Source: an uncultured Bacilli bacterium (GTDB taxonomy: Bacteria > Bacillota_I > Bacilli_A > RF39 > UBA660). Taken from it: a stretch of 64,000 bases of DNA. Made by a program: the position numbers and the translations under genes. This document shows, piece by piece, positions 48,398 to 57,784 of this stretch. The stretch is from NCBI GenBank assembly GCA_934149515.1, contig CAKPFD010000002.1, forward strand, positions 5,777 to 69,776, read 5' to 3'. The notes under the pieces are model-generated. The model saw only the letters and a program-made list of their open reading frames with translations, had not been told where the DNA came from and ran no database searches. The first letter of the stretch is position 1. Each line of letters opens with the position of its first letter.

Positions 48398-48426
48398 TTG
48401 TAACAAAGCCATAAATTCGTTATAAT
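48398..48426 (+). promoter_or_regulatory. sigma-A type promoter upstream of ftsA
   Basis: TTGTAA 48398-48403, 17-nt spacer, TATAAT 48421-48426. Confidence 0.55.
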
Positions 48427-48451
48427 GAAATGTATAGTAGAGGTGAGTAAG

Positions 48452-49687
48452 ATGAATCCTATATACACAGGCCTTGATATTGGCAATGGCGAAATCAAAG
48501 TAATTGTAGGGCAAGTCCAAAAGGATACATTCTATGTATTAGCTTCTACTTCCCTAAAAAGTAAAGGTATGAAAAAAAATACCATTTATGATCAAAAAAA
48601 ATTAAAAGAAACACTTCATCAGGCAATTAGTCAAACTGAATTAAAACTAGGAATGAAAATAAAAGAAGTCATATTATGTGTACCAACAGGAAATGCTATG
48701 ATGACAATTGAAAGTGGACTTGTCAATTTAAAAGACAACGTCGTAACCGGTAAAGATATCAAAGCCGTATTGAATGATGCTAGCAAAGGAACCTATGATA
48801 ACACAAGAGAATTAGTAACATGTCTTCCAGTATCTTTTACCGTAGATGACATGGCAAGTAGCATAGATCCTTTAGGACAGCAAGGAGAAAAATTATTTAC
48901 CAAAGCTGTCGTTGCAACCAGCGAGAAAAAAGAAATATATCCACTGATTGAAATTGTTCACTCCCTAGGTATCAATATTGTTGACATTATCTATAACGCT
49001 CAAGCCGATTATTATACCGTAAATACCAAAGAACTGGATAGAAAAATGGGTTGTATGATAAATATTGGAGCAGATATGACAACAGTTGCCATCTTCAATA
49101 AAGGTATCATGATAAAAAATTCCTATATACCAGTAGGAAGTAGTAGTGTAGACAAAGATATTTCCTTTATCTATAAAATCGATACCGAAACAGCAAGATA
49201 CTTAAAAGAAACATTTGCTCTAACCGTAGGAAGATATGCAAGCACCCAAGAAGTAATAGAAGTAAAAACCATGGAACAAAAAACAATCAACATCAAACAA
49301 AGTGAAATATCAAGCGTCATAGAATCACGCTTAGCCGAAATCTTAAAACTTGCCAAAAATGAAATAAATCGCTTAACAAAAAGAGAAATAAGTTATATAA
49401 TCGTGGTAGGTGGGGTAAGCGAAATAGCAGGATTTAACTACTTAGTAGAAGATATCCTAGGAAAAAATGCTAGATGTTTTAATATGCAACAACTAGGAGC
49501 AAGACATAACAAATACACAAGTGCTCTTGGAAGTTGTAAATACTTCTATCAAAAATGCAACCGACAACAAATTCAAAGTAGTATGTTTTCATCTATAGAA
49601 CAAGCAGCTTTTGAAGCACCTAAAAAAAGAAGTCCCGTAAACGAAGTCGTGATAAATAAATTTTTTGGTCACTTTTTTGATAACTAA
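48452..49687 (+). CDS. ftsA: cell division protein FtsA
   Basis: Actin-fold start YTGLDIGNGEIKV. GAGGTGAG RBS before ATG 48452. Precedes ftsZ. Confidence 0.9.
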   Translation: MNPIYTGLDIGNGEIKVIVGQVQKDTFYVLASTSLKSKGMKKNTIYDQKKLKETLHQAISQTELKLGMKIKEVILCVPTGNAMMTIESGLVNLKDNVVTGKDIKAVLNDASKGTYDNTRELVTCLPVSFTVDDMASSIDPLGQQGEKLFTKAVVATSEKKEIYPLIEIVHSLGINIVDIIYNAQADYYTVNTKELDRKMGCMINIGADMTTVAIFNKGIMIKNSYIPVGSSSVDKDISFIYKIDTETARYLKETFALTVGRYASTQEVIEVKTMEQKTINIKQSEISSVIESRLAEILKLAKNEINRLTKREISYIIVVGGVSEIAGFNYLVEDILGKNARCFNMQQLGARHNKYTSALGSCKYFYQKCNRQQIQSSMFSSIEQAAFEAPKKRSPVNEVVINKFFGHFFDN

Positions 49688-49705
49688 TTAAGGAGGATAA
49701 CAAAC

Positions 49706-50821
49706 ATGAATGGACTAGAAATGGATCAATTAGCGAAAATTAAAGTAATCGGCTTAGGAGGTGGCGGTGGAAATGCCGTTAATCGAATGGTTGAATCTGG
49801 TGTTAAAGGAGTAGAATTTATCGTCGCTAATACCGATTTACAAGTATTAAATAATTCTAAAGCCGATATAAAAATTCAATTAGGGGCCAATTTAACAGAT
49901 GGCTTAGGAGCAGGAAGCAAACCAGATATCGGAAGAGAAGCTGCCCTAGAATCTAAAAAAGAAATCGAAGATGCACTAACAGGAGCAGATATGATTTTCA
50001 TTACCTGTGGAATGGGTGGTGGAACTGGAACAGGATCAGCACCAGTCGTAGCAGAAATTGCCCAAGCTTTAGGAGCTCTAACCGTAGCAATTGTTACAAA
50101 ACCATTTACTTTTGAAGGAAAAAGAAGAATGGATAATGCCCTAAGAGGATTAGAAGAATTAGAAAAGCATGTTGATACATTAATCGTTATTCCAAACGAT
50201 CGTTTACGAGAAATTATTGATAAAACAACCCCGATGCTAGAAGCATTTAAAGAAGTAGATAACGTATTACGTCGTGGTGTACAATCTATTTCTGACTTAA
50301 TTGCTGTTGTCGGACTTGTTAACCTTGACTTTGCCGATGTAAAAGCAGTCATGAAAGATTCAGGTCATGCCATTATCGGAATTGGTATTGGAGTAGGAGA
50401 AGATAGAGCAATCGAAGCTGCAAAACAAGCAGTATCATCTCCATTACTAGAACAAAGTATTACAGGAGCAACCGATGCAATTATTAATATTACCGGTGGT
50501 GTTAACTTAACCTTATTTGAAGCAGAACAAGCAGCAGAAGTAGTAAGAGCAGCATCAGAAACAGATATCAATACTATCTTTGGTTCTGTAATTAATGAAA
50601 ACCTATCTGATGAAGTCATTGTAACAGTTATTGCAACAGGATTTGATAATGGAAAAGCTAAAGAAGAACAAAATCCAGTCTTTTCAAACGTTCAACCACA
50701 AAGACGTTCAAGAGAAGATATCTCTTATGTAGCAAGTGTTAATCCAAAACAAGCATCAGATGAAATCTTAGATGACTCCGATTATGACTTACCACCATTC
50801 TTACGTGATCAAAACTTTTAA
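49706..50821 (+). CDS. ftsZ: cell division protein FtsZ
   Basis: [13 protein letters not shown] and [10 protein letters not shown] tubulin signature. C-terminal DLPPFLR peptide. Confidence 0.97.
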   Translation: MNGLEMDQLAKIKVIGLGGGGGNAVNRMVESGVKGVEFIVANTDLQVLNNSKADIKIQLGANLTDGLGAGSKPDIGREAALESKKEIEDALTGADMIFITCGMGGGTGTGSAPVVAEIAQALGALTVAIVTKPFTFEGKRRMDNALRGLEELEKHVDTLIVIPNDRLREIIDKTTPMLEAFKEVDNVLRRGVQSISDLIAVVGLVNLDFADVKAVMKDSGHAIIGIGIGVGEDRAIEAAKQAVSSPLLEQSITGATDAIINITGGVNLTLFEAEQAAEVVRAASETDINTIFGSVINENLSDEVIVTVIATGFDNGKAKEEQNPVFSNVQPQRRSREDISYVASVNPKQASDEILDDSDYDLPPFLRDQNF

Positions 50822-50834
50822 AATAAGATATTAA

Positions 50835-50861
50835 GGATACTGAAAAAACAGTATTCTTTTT
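50835..50861 (+). terminator. rho-independent terminator after ftsZ
   Basis: GGATACTG-AAAAAA-CAGTATTC hairpin plus a T-run. Confidence 0.6.
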
Positions 50862-50889
50862 CTATATCATAGAAAGGAAGTGATAAAAT

Positions 50890-51114
50890 ATGAACAAAAT
50901 GAATACATCGTTAGAAACAAGAATAGAAAATCAATTAGCTTTTCTAAAAAAGAAAGTATTTATCGATGATGACTTTGAAGAAACAATCCAGCTAATAGAA
51001 GATATGCACCAAGAAATAATCAATAGTTCAGAGGATATAAAACGATTTAACGCCATAGCAATCGAATTAGAAAAGAAAATTGATCGTTTAAAAGCCAAAC
51101 AAAAACAAAAATAA
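50890..51114 (+). CDS. hypothetical small coiled-coil protein
   Basis: 74 aa with RBS AGGAAG. No family recognised. Confidence 0.45.
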   Translation: MNKMNTSLETRIENQLAFLKKKVFIDDDFEETIQLIEDMHQEIINSSEDIKRFNAIAIELEKKIDRLKAKQKQK

Positions 51115-51324
51115 AAGCTTTTTTTGTAAAGTGATAAGCTACAAGAAACCTATAAAGATGGCGTTTATGTTGTATCTATTGGAACGCTAAGAAATTAAAA
51201 GAAAAATCTTTCTATTCCTGGATAAGGAAAATAGAAGGATTTTTTTGTTTGATAAAATCAAAAGATTCCCTTTAACTATAACTATAAATCGTGGTATAAT
51301 TTCAAGTATAGAAGGAGTAAGAAT

Positions 51325-53592
51325 ATGTCAAAACATAAAAAGAAAAAAGAAAGTAAAAAAGGTTTTGCGTATAGTACAGAACTATATGGTATTTTATTTA
51401 TATTAGCAGCAATCTTAGGTATTGGAAGATATGGACCAGTAGGAAGTATGATTGCCTCTTTTGCTGTTTTCTTAGTAGGAGTAGGTTATAACATCTTATT
51501 AGTAGCAACCTTACTTCTTGGTTTTTATCTTGTTATTAAACGACAATGGCCAGAATTTTTCACCACCAAAACATTAGGTTGTTACATCTTGATCATCGGC
51601 TTATTAGTTATCATGCACCAAGATTATGTCTTAAAAAATGATTCCAATGCCATCAAAGTATTTACTGAAACCGTTGATCAACTCATCCTATCCTTTTCCA
51701 ATATGATGAAAAATATCAAACCAGATATTATTGGAGGAGGAATGATCGGATGTACCTTCGCCGTATTATTTTCTTTAATGTTTTCATATAAAGGCATGCA
51801 AATTATTTCTTGGACTTTAGTAGGACTAGGCTTTTGCTTATTCACCGGATTTTCTATTGTTGATTTTGTTAAAAACAGTACCAAAAAAGCCAAAGAAGGC
51901 TTAAAATCAATGGAAAAGAAAGAAAAAGAGGAAAAGAAAAAACCAATTATTACTGGTAATGAAGAACCAGCGATTGGTCAAGTCAAAGATGAAGATAAAA
52001 GAATTATCATCTCTGATATTAATCAATTAACCAAAATCAATACCAAAGAAAAAGAAGAACAACTAAAAGAAGAAAAGGAAGAACAAGAAGAGCAACCACA
52101 AGAAACAATACCACACAATTATCATTATACATTACCACCAATTAAATTATTAACACCACCGAAAAACAATAAAAAGAATCTAAATCAAGGTCAAATTGAG
52201 AAAAATATTGAGATCTTAGAAAAAGTATTAAAAGATTTTGGTGTCATTGGTAAAGTTGTAGAAGTACATATCGGACCAACTGTTACTCAATATGAATTAG
52301 AATTACAATCAGGAACAAAAGTTAGTAAACTACTAGGAATTCATCGTGAAATCTCTTTAGCAGTTGCCAAAAAAGATGTTCGTATTGAAGCACCAATTCC
52401 TGGTAAAAGTACAGTAGGTATCGAACTTGCAAACGATGAAACTACACCAGTATCCTTTAGAGAAGTACTAGAAAAAATTCCAAGAAGCCTAGATTATAGT
52501 AAATTATTATGCCCACTAGGAAAAAACATCATGGGAAATGTCATTTGGTGTGAAATTAATAAAACACCCCATCTACTAGTAGCAGGAGCAACTGGTTCTG
52601 GTAAATCCGTTTGTATTAATGGTATTATTGCATCTATTTTAATGAGAGCAAAACCAGATGAAGTAAAATTAATGATGGTAGACCCTAAAAAAGTAGAATT
52701 ATCTGTCTATAATGGAATACCACACTTATTACGACCAGTTGTAACCGATCCAAAAGAAGCAAGTGTTGCTTTAGGTAAAATTGTTGCAGAAATGGAACAT
52801 CGTTATGATACTTTTGAAGAGACAAAAACAAAAAACATTGCTACTTATAACGAATATATCGAAAACAAAAATAAAACTTTACCCCAAGATGAACAGATCA
52901 AAAAGATGCCTTATATCGTTGTTATTATCGACGAATTAGCTGACTTAATGTTAGTTGCTAGTAAAGATGTCGAAGCATCCATCATGCGAATTACCCAAAT
53001 GGCTCGTGCTGCTGGAATTCATTTAATTATTGCAACCCAACGTCCTTCAACCGATGTTATCACCGGTGTTGTTAAAGCCAATATTCCATCACGTATTTCC
53101 TTTGCCGTTAGTAGTAGTATCGATTCAAGAACTATCTTAGATATGACAGGAGCTGAAAAATTATTAGGAAAAGGTGATATGTTATTCCTACCAATGGGAG
53201 AATCAGCACCACAAAGAGTACAAGGTGCATATATTTCTGATGATGATATCAAAAAACTAATTGATTATACCATTGAACAACAAAAAGCAGAATATGATCA
53301 AAGCTTCATGAACTTACAAACAGCATCTGATAAATCAGAAAGTCAAAAAGAAGATATGGATCAACAAGAAGATTATGATGACCCATTATATAATGAAATC
53401 GTAGAATTCGTTGTTAGCACCCAAAAAGCTAGTGCATCCCTTTTACAAAGACGATTCAAACTAGGATATAACCGTGCTGCTAGAATCATTGATTTACTAG
53501 AAGAACGAGGAGTCGTCGGTCCAACAAGAGGATCAAAACCAAGAGAAGTACTAGTAAAGCTAGATGATAGCGACGATCAAAACGTCGAATAA
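51325..53592 (+). CDS. ftsK: DNA translocase FtsK/SpoIIIE
   Basis: N-terminal TM helices, acidic linker, motor domain GATGSGKSV / DELADL, and a C-terminal gamma winged helix. TG-extended -10 at 51292-51300. Confidence 0.92.
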   Translation: MSKHKKKKESKKGFAYSTELYGILFILAAILGIGRYGPVGSMIASFAVFLVGVGYNILLVATLLLGFYLVIKRQWPEFFTTKTLGCYILIIGLLVIMHQDYVLKNDSNAIKVFTETVDQLILSFSNMMKNIKPDIIGGGMIGCTFAVLFSLMFSYKGMQIISWTLVGLGFCLFTGFSIVDFVKNSTKKAKEGLKSMEKKEKEEKKKPIITGNEEPAIGQVKDEDKRIIISDINQLTKINTKEKEEQLKEEKEEQEEQPQETIPHNYHYTLPPIKLLTPPKNNKKNLNQGQIEKNIEILEKVLKDFGVIGKVVEVHIGPTVTQYELELQSGTKVSKLLGIHREISLAVAKKDVRIEAPIPGKSTVGIELANDETTPVSFREVLEKIPRSLDYSKLLCPLGKNIMGNVIWCEINKTPHLLVAGATGSGKSVCINGIIASILMRAKPDEVKLMMVDPKKVELSVYNGIPHLLRPVVTDPKEASVALGKIVAEMEHRYDTFEETKTKNIATYNEYIENKNKTLPQDEQIKKMPYIVVIIDELADLMLVASKDVEASIMRITQMARAAGIHLIIATQRPSTDVITGVVKANIPSRISFAVSSSIDSRTILDMTGAEKLLGKGDMLFLPMGESAPQRVQGAYISDDDIKKLIDYTIEQQKAEYDQSFMNLQTASDKSESQKEDMDQQEDYDDPLYNEIVEFVVSTQKASASLLQRRFKLGYNRAARIIDLLEERGVVGPTRGSKPREVLVKLDDSDDQNVE

Positions 53593-53662
53593 AGAGTAGA
53601 AAAAAATTTGTAAAACACAATGAATTGCGCTACTCTAAAAATAGAATAGGAGTAGAAAGGCA

Positions 53663-55597
53663 ATGAATTATTTAAAAAACAAAGATAAAGTATTGATGAT
53701 CGTAGCAGTAATTGTTTTATTTATTGCAGTCGTTGGTGTCAGTTATGCAGCTTTTTCTTACACAAGAACAGGGGAAAAATTAAATGTAATTACAACTGGT
53801 ATTATCAGAATGAGTTATGAAGAAAGTAGTAATGTTATCTCTATTGATAAAGCCTTACCAACAACAGATGCCACTGGAAAGGTAAGATTAAAAGATGGTG
53901 AATACTTTGACTTTACATTATCTACCACTATTCAGGGATCAACCAATGTCAATTGGGAGATTGCAGCACAAGATGTGACACTTGGTAGTAAGAAAATTGA
54001 TGGTAAATATATCAAGTTATACTTAACAGAATTAAATACAGATGGAAGCGAAACGGAAGTAATGGAACCAACTGTTTATACAGTGAATGAAGAAGCAAAT
54101 GATTATACAGGAAGACCTGCTAACATGATGAGTTTAGCAATGGGATCAACCTCTACAACTTTTAATAAGAAATATCGTTTAAGAATGTACGTAGATGAAT
54201 CTTATAATCCCCAAGGAGATGGTGGCGACCTAGTGTTTTCTATTAAAGTAAATGCTTATGGTAAAACAGGAGAAGTAATGCCAATGCCAGAACCAGTTGC
54301 AACTAAGTTGCTAAAAGGAGTAGGAAAAAATGGTGCAATAGATACCACTGATTCAGAACAAACCTTTATCACCGGAACTAATCCAAATAATTATATTTGG
54401 TATAGTGGAAAACTATGGAGAGCAATATCGATTGATCCAAGTGATAATAGTGTCAAATTAGTAACGCAATGGAATATATCGGCAATACCATACAATGCAT
54501 CAGGTAATTCAGCTTTTGAAGGAAGTTATATGCAACAGTGGTTAAATGATACAAGTGTAGATGGCTTTTTAGGAAATTTAAGAGAACCAGAAAAATTTAT
54601 CAAAACCGATAGCGTTTGGAATGCAACACAAACAACTGCAAATACAAAACCAGCAAAAACAACCATGGTAACAAGTGCTGTGGGATTATTAAATATGTAT
54701 GAATATACAATGAGTTATAAAGGTACAACATATTCAAATGGTTATTTAAATAATGGACTAACTTGGTGGACATTAACACCATCTAATACGTCTTACGTCC
54801 GTGATGTGGTGAACGGCTATGGCGCTGCGAGCAGCGACGATGTTACGGATTCGCGCGGTGGCCGGCCCACGATTAATCTAAAGTCTAGTGTAGAAATTGT
54901 ATCAGGTTCTGGAACAGCAAGTGATTCATATCGCTTAAAAGGAGATAATGATGCACCAGCATCAGGAACAAAACTAGCGACAAGATATAGTGGAGAATAC
55001 ATTCGATTTGGAACAGGAGAAAATAATTTATATCAGATCGTCAGTCATGAAACAGAAGGATTAACAAAAATAACAAGTGCTATACCATTGAAATCAAGTG
55101 GTAGTTATAAAAAAATGGCCTTTGCAAGTTCAGGCTTAAATTATTCGAGCAGCAATACCATAGGAGCCTTCTTGAATGGAGAATACTTAACAAGTGGAAG
55201 TTATCTAACAACTGATCAAGTAAATATGATAGAGGATAGTACAACCTGGTATTTGGGAACAGTAGGAGCTGGTACAAACTATAAATTAGCAAAATATGCA
55301 AGTGCAACCAGCACTAATTTAACATCTAACACAACAACCGCCAAAGTTGGATTATTAAGATTAGGAGAATTAAATTCTGGACAATTTGATAGATATGGAA
55401 ATAATGCAAATTATTGGACATTAACACCAATTGGCAAGTATGGCGTCCGTTATGTGAGCACCTATGGCAATGCGTACCACAACGATGTTACGGCTTCGTT
55501 CGGTGGGCGCCCCACGATTAATCTAAAATCTAATGTTGTAATCACAAGTGGTGATGGAACAAAAGAAAATCCATTTGAAGTGAAATTAGCAGGATAA
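53663..55597 (+). CDS. secreted/surface protein paralog C (TasA-like N-terminus, two diversified modules)
   Basis: 644 aa. N-terminus GVSYAAFSYT....LNVITTGIIRMS. The first about 214 aa are unique and the remainder is shared with A and B. Confidence 0.8.
   Translation: MNYLKNKDKVLMIVAVIVLFIAVVGVSYAAFSYTRTGEKLNVITTGIIRMSYEESSNVISIDKALPTTDATGKVRLKDGEYFDFTLSTTIQGSTNVNWEIAAQDVTLGSKKIDGKYIKLYLTELNTDGSETEVMEPTVYTVNEEANDYTGRPANMMSLAMGSTSTTFNKKYRLRMYVDESYNPQGDGGDLVFSIKVNAYGKTGEVMPMPEPVATKLLKGVGKNGAIDTTDSEQTFITGTNPNNYIWYSGKLWRAISIDPSDNSVKLVTQWNISAIPYNASGNSAFEGSYMQQWLNDTSVDGFLGNLREPEKFIKTDSVWNATQTTANTKPAKTTMVTSAVGLLNMYEYTMSYKGTTYSNGYLNNGLTWWTLTPSNTSYVRDVVNGYGAASSDDVTDSRGGRPTINLKSSVEIVSGSGTASDSYRLKGDNDAPASGTKLATRYSGEYIRFGTGENNLYQIVSHETEGLTKITSAIPLKSSGSYKKMAFASSGLNYSSSNTIGAFLNGEYLTSGSYLTTDQVNMIEDSTTWYLGTVGAGTNYKLAKYASATSTNLTSNTTTAKVGLLRLGELNSGQFDRYGNNANYWTLTPIGKYGVRYVSTYGNAYHNDVTASFGGRPTINLKSNVVITSGDGTKENPFEVKLAG
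54782..54871 (+). other. hypervariable cassette C1 (GC-rich, A-depleted, one codon longer)
   Basis: Hand count: about 61% G+C and 17% A over 90 nt. Same 5' and 3' anchors. Confidence 0.65.
55430..55516 (+). other. hypervariable cassette C2
   Basis: Same anchors. 21 of 29 codons differ from B2, whereas the flanks differ at 3 of 17 and 3 of 20 codons. Confidence 0.65.
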
Positions 55598-55635
55598 TGT
55601 TTTTTCGGGGCAGATGTTCCCGGACCGAAAAAACA
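55598..55635. terminator. long palindromic hairpin after paralog C (possible bidirectional terminator)
   Basis: TGTTTTTTCGG ... CCGAAAAAACA forms an 11-bp stem around a GC-rich loop. There is no trailing T-run on the + strand. Confidence 0.45.
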
Positions 55636-55685
55636 TAAAAATTTAAATTTTTAGCTATAATTGTAAATGTCAATAGATTATAGTA

Positions 55686-55814
55686 GGGAATGATCAAATT
55701 AAACCTAGCTATTTACGAATAGCTAAAGGGAACAGATCATTTCCTTGTACTTAGTACAAAATATTAGAAAGTAGATTTCCTTTTTAACGTCAATATGCCT
55801 TTGACGTTTTTTTT
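55686..55814 (+). ncRNA. candidate structured small RNA / orphan leader with its own terminator
   Basis: Nested helices GGAATGATC/GATCAT(T)TCC and TAGCTATT-TACG-AATAGCTA. Then TTGTAC-TTA-GTACAA. Then terminator AACGTCAA-N7-TTGACGTT plus T8 (55786-55814). No ORF present. Confidence 0.3.
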
Positions 55815-55961
55815 GTGAGGAAATAGATGCATCATTTACTAAGACTTTCATAGCAAAGTAATAACCAATTTTGTAAAATTTGACGATTTTTGTCACATAA
55901 GCACTATGCTTCCTACCTTTTTCTTGTTATAATAATAAGAGAAATACTAGGAGGGGTGAAC

Positions 55962-57776
55962 ATGAAAAAGAAATGGATAATTTGTAGCATTTTCTTATTC
56001 TTATTATGTGTGATACCGCAAACTGTTTACGCTGAAAAATATTTGGTTTTAAATACGAATAAATACTTTCGTACAAAACCAGGTGGTACATTACTAGATA
56101 AAGTAGTAGAAGATGGTGTACTCCTAAATGGCGCAAAATTAATCGTTTTAGATACCAATGGTGGTAGTGGTTATGGTTGTAAAAACAATTGGTATAAAGT
56201 AAAATACCAAGATACCGAAGGATATATTTGTTCCTCTGGTCAAGTAGTTCAAGAAACAGTAGATGTTGATTTAAACGGTGATTTTGAACAACAAATGTTA
56301 AATAAAGGCTTTCCATCAAGTTACTTACCATACTTGAAATCACTTCATGAAAAACATCCTAATTGGGTATTTACACCACAAATTACTAACATAGATTTTG
56401 AAGAAGCAATTACAAATGAAAATTATGGTGATATTTCTGTAGTTGATGGAACGGATGAAAGTTTACGTGCAGTTGATCAAAACGGAAATTACATCATGAG
56501 CAATGAAGCTGGTTGGTATGTTGCTAGTCGTTCTACCGTACAATATTATATGGATCCTAGAAACTTCTTATCAGATGCTTACATTTTTATGTTTGAAAAC
56601 TTATCTTATAACAGTACCATTCAAACTAAAAAAGCAATTGAAGGTGTAACGAAGGGCTCATTTCTTCAAACGGATGAATACACAAACCTTTTACAAAAAG
56701 CCGCTAGCAATTATCAAATTAGTCCAGTTTATTTAGCAAGTCGTATTCGCCAAGAAAAAGGTACCAATGGTGGAACTGGTACCAATGGTGCTCCTTTTAC
56801 TTATGCAGTCGATACTGCCTGTCTTGCAAGAAATGGTTATCAAGATAGTTCTAGTTGGGATGCAAAAAACAATTGTGGTACCAATGAAACCTATTCTGGT
56901 ATTTACAACTTCTATAACATAGGTGCTTATAGTAGTTACCAATCTGCTGTCATTCGTGGATTAATTTGGGCAAAAGGTGGTTTTGATTCTTCTGTTACTA
57001 CTTATTTAAGACCATGGGACAGTAAAGAAAAAGGAATTTTAGGCGGTGCTTATTATATTGCTGATAAATTTATCAATAAAGGACAATCAACATTATACTT
57101 ACAAAAATTTAACGTCATGCCACCAGTAGCAAACCAACGTTATACGCATCAATATATGACAAACGTAAGAGCACATGCACAAGAAGCTTATAAAATTTAT
57201 ACAAGTTATGCAGCAAACGATCAATTGAATAACGATTATGAATTTGCAATACCAGTTTATCAAAATATGCAAAAAGAACCAGATGAAATTAAACCAGATG
57301 AACCAAAAAAAGATGATGATAACAAAGAAGAAGTTCAAGTATTACCAATTGAAAACATTTTAACAGCTTCTGGTTATCGTCTAAACAATCAATATATGAG
57401 TGCTGTTGCATTCAATACAAGTCAAGATAGTATTCAAAATAAAATTCAAGGTGTCTATGCCAATACCAAAATACTAGCAATAAAAGATAAATACTTTCAT
57501 GCCAAAGCAGGTAATGTTGGAACCGGTGATAAATTAACTATCACCAACGGTAAAGACACAAAAGACTATACCATCATTATTTATGGTGATAATAATGGCG
57601 ATGGTAAAGTAACCGTTGTTGATTTATTAAGAGTTCAAAAATATTTATTAAATGCTAGCAATCTAACACAAGAAGAGTTAATCGCCAGTGATACCAATAA
57701 AGATGGTAAAGTAAATGTGGTTGATTTACTTCGTGTCCAAAAACAATTGCTTGGTAATATAAGCATAGAACAGTAG
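55962..57776 (+). CDS. secreted SH3b + GH73-like peptidoglycan hydrolase with C-terminal dockerin
   Basis: Signal peptide. SH3b-like NWYKVKYQDTEGYICS. Glucosaminidase-like core (ASRIRQEKG, YNFYNIGAY, LYLQKFNV, HQYMTN). Two dockerin repeats, DNNGDGKVTVVDLLRVQKYLL and DTNKDGKVNVVDLLRVQKQLL, at 57588-57773. Confidence 0.75.
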   Translation: MKKKWIICSIFLFLLCVIPQTVYAEKYLVLNTNKYFRTKPGGTLLDKVVEDGVLLNGAKLIVLDTNGGSGYGCKNNWYKVKYQDTEGYICSSGQVVQETVDVDLNGDFEQQMLNKGFPSSYLPYLKSLHEKHPNWVFTPQITNIDFEEAITNENYGDISVVDGTDESLRAVDQNGNYIMSNEAGWYVASRSTVQYYMDPRNFLSDAYIFMFENLSYNSTIQTKKAIEGVTKGSFLQTDEYTNLLQKAASNYQISPVYLASRIRQEKGTNGGTGTNGAPFTYAVDTACLARNGYQDSSSWDAKNNCGTNETYSGIYNFYNIGAYSSYQSAVIRGLIWAKGGFDSSVTTYLRPWDSKEKGILGGAYYIADKFINKGQSTLYLQKFNVMPPVANQRYTHQYMTNVRAHAQEAYKIYTSYAANDQLNNDYEFAIPVYQNMQKEPDEIKPDEPKKDDDNKEEVQVLPIENILTASGYRLNNQYMSAVAFNTSQDSIQNKIQGVYANTKILAIKDKYFHAKAGNVGTGDKLTITNGKDTKDYTIIIYGDNNGDGKVTVVDLLRVQKYLLNASNLTQEELIASDTNKDGKVNVVDLLRVQKQLLGNISIEQ

Positions 57777-57784
57777 GTGAAAAT

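Larger units (their letters stand above)
54305..55597 (+). repeat. dispersed about 1.29-kb repeat, copy C
   Basis: KLLKGVG to the stop. Near-identical to copies A and B outside the cassettes. Confidence 0.85.

Noticed and set aside
49876-50352. 158-aa minus-strand ORF, plus 50365-50619.
   Set aside because: Both lie entirely antisense to the very well supported ftsZ. The Ser/Ala/Pro-rich translation is the mirror of Gly/Ala-rich FtsZ codons.
51158-51190. 10-codon mini-ORF (MAFMLYLLER) upstream of ftsK, considered as a leader peptide.
   Set aside because: It has no Shine-Dalgarno sequence and no obvious attenuator logic. It is probably chance.
55598-55635. Considered the long hairpin after paralog C as a DGR target-recognition cruciform.
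   Set aside because: It lies about 80 nt beyond cassette C2. No equivalent hairpin follows the other five cassettes or the stop codons of paralogs A and B. It is treated as a terminator-like hairpin.
55927-56343. 138-aa minus-strand ORF, plus other antisense ORFs at 19784-20173, 40475-40807, 54817-55002 and 57099-57338.
   Set aside because: All lie inside strongly supported + strand genes. 54817-55002 is open only because the GC-rich cassette C1 lacks stop codons on the opposite strand.
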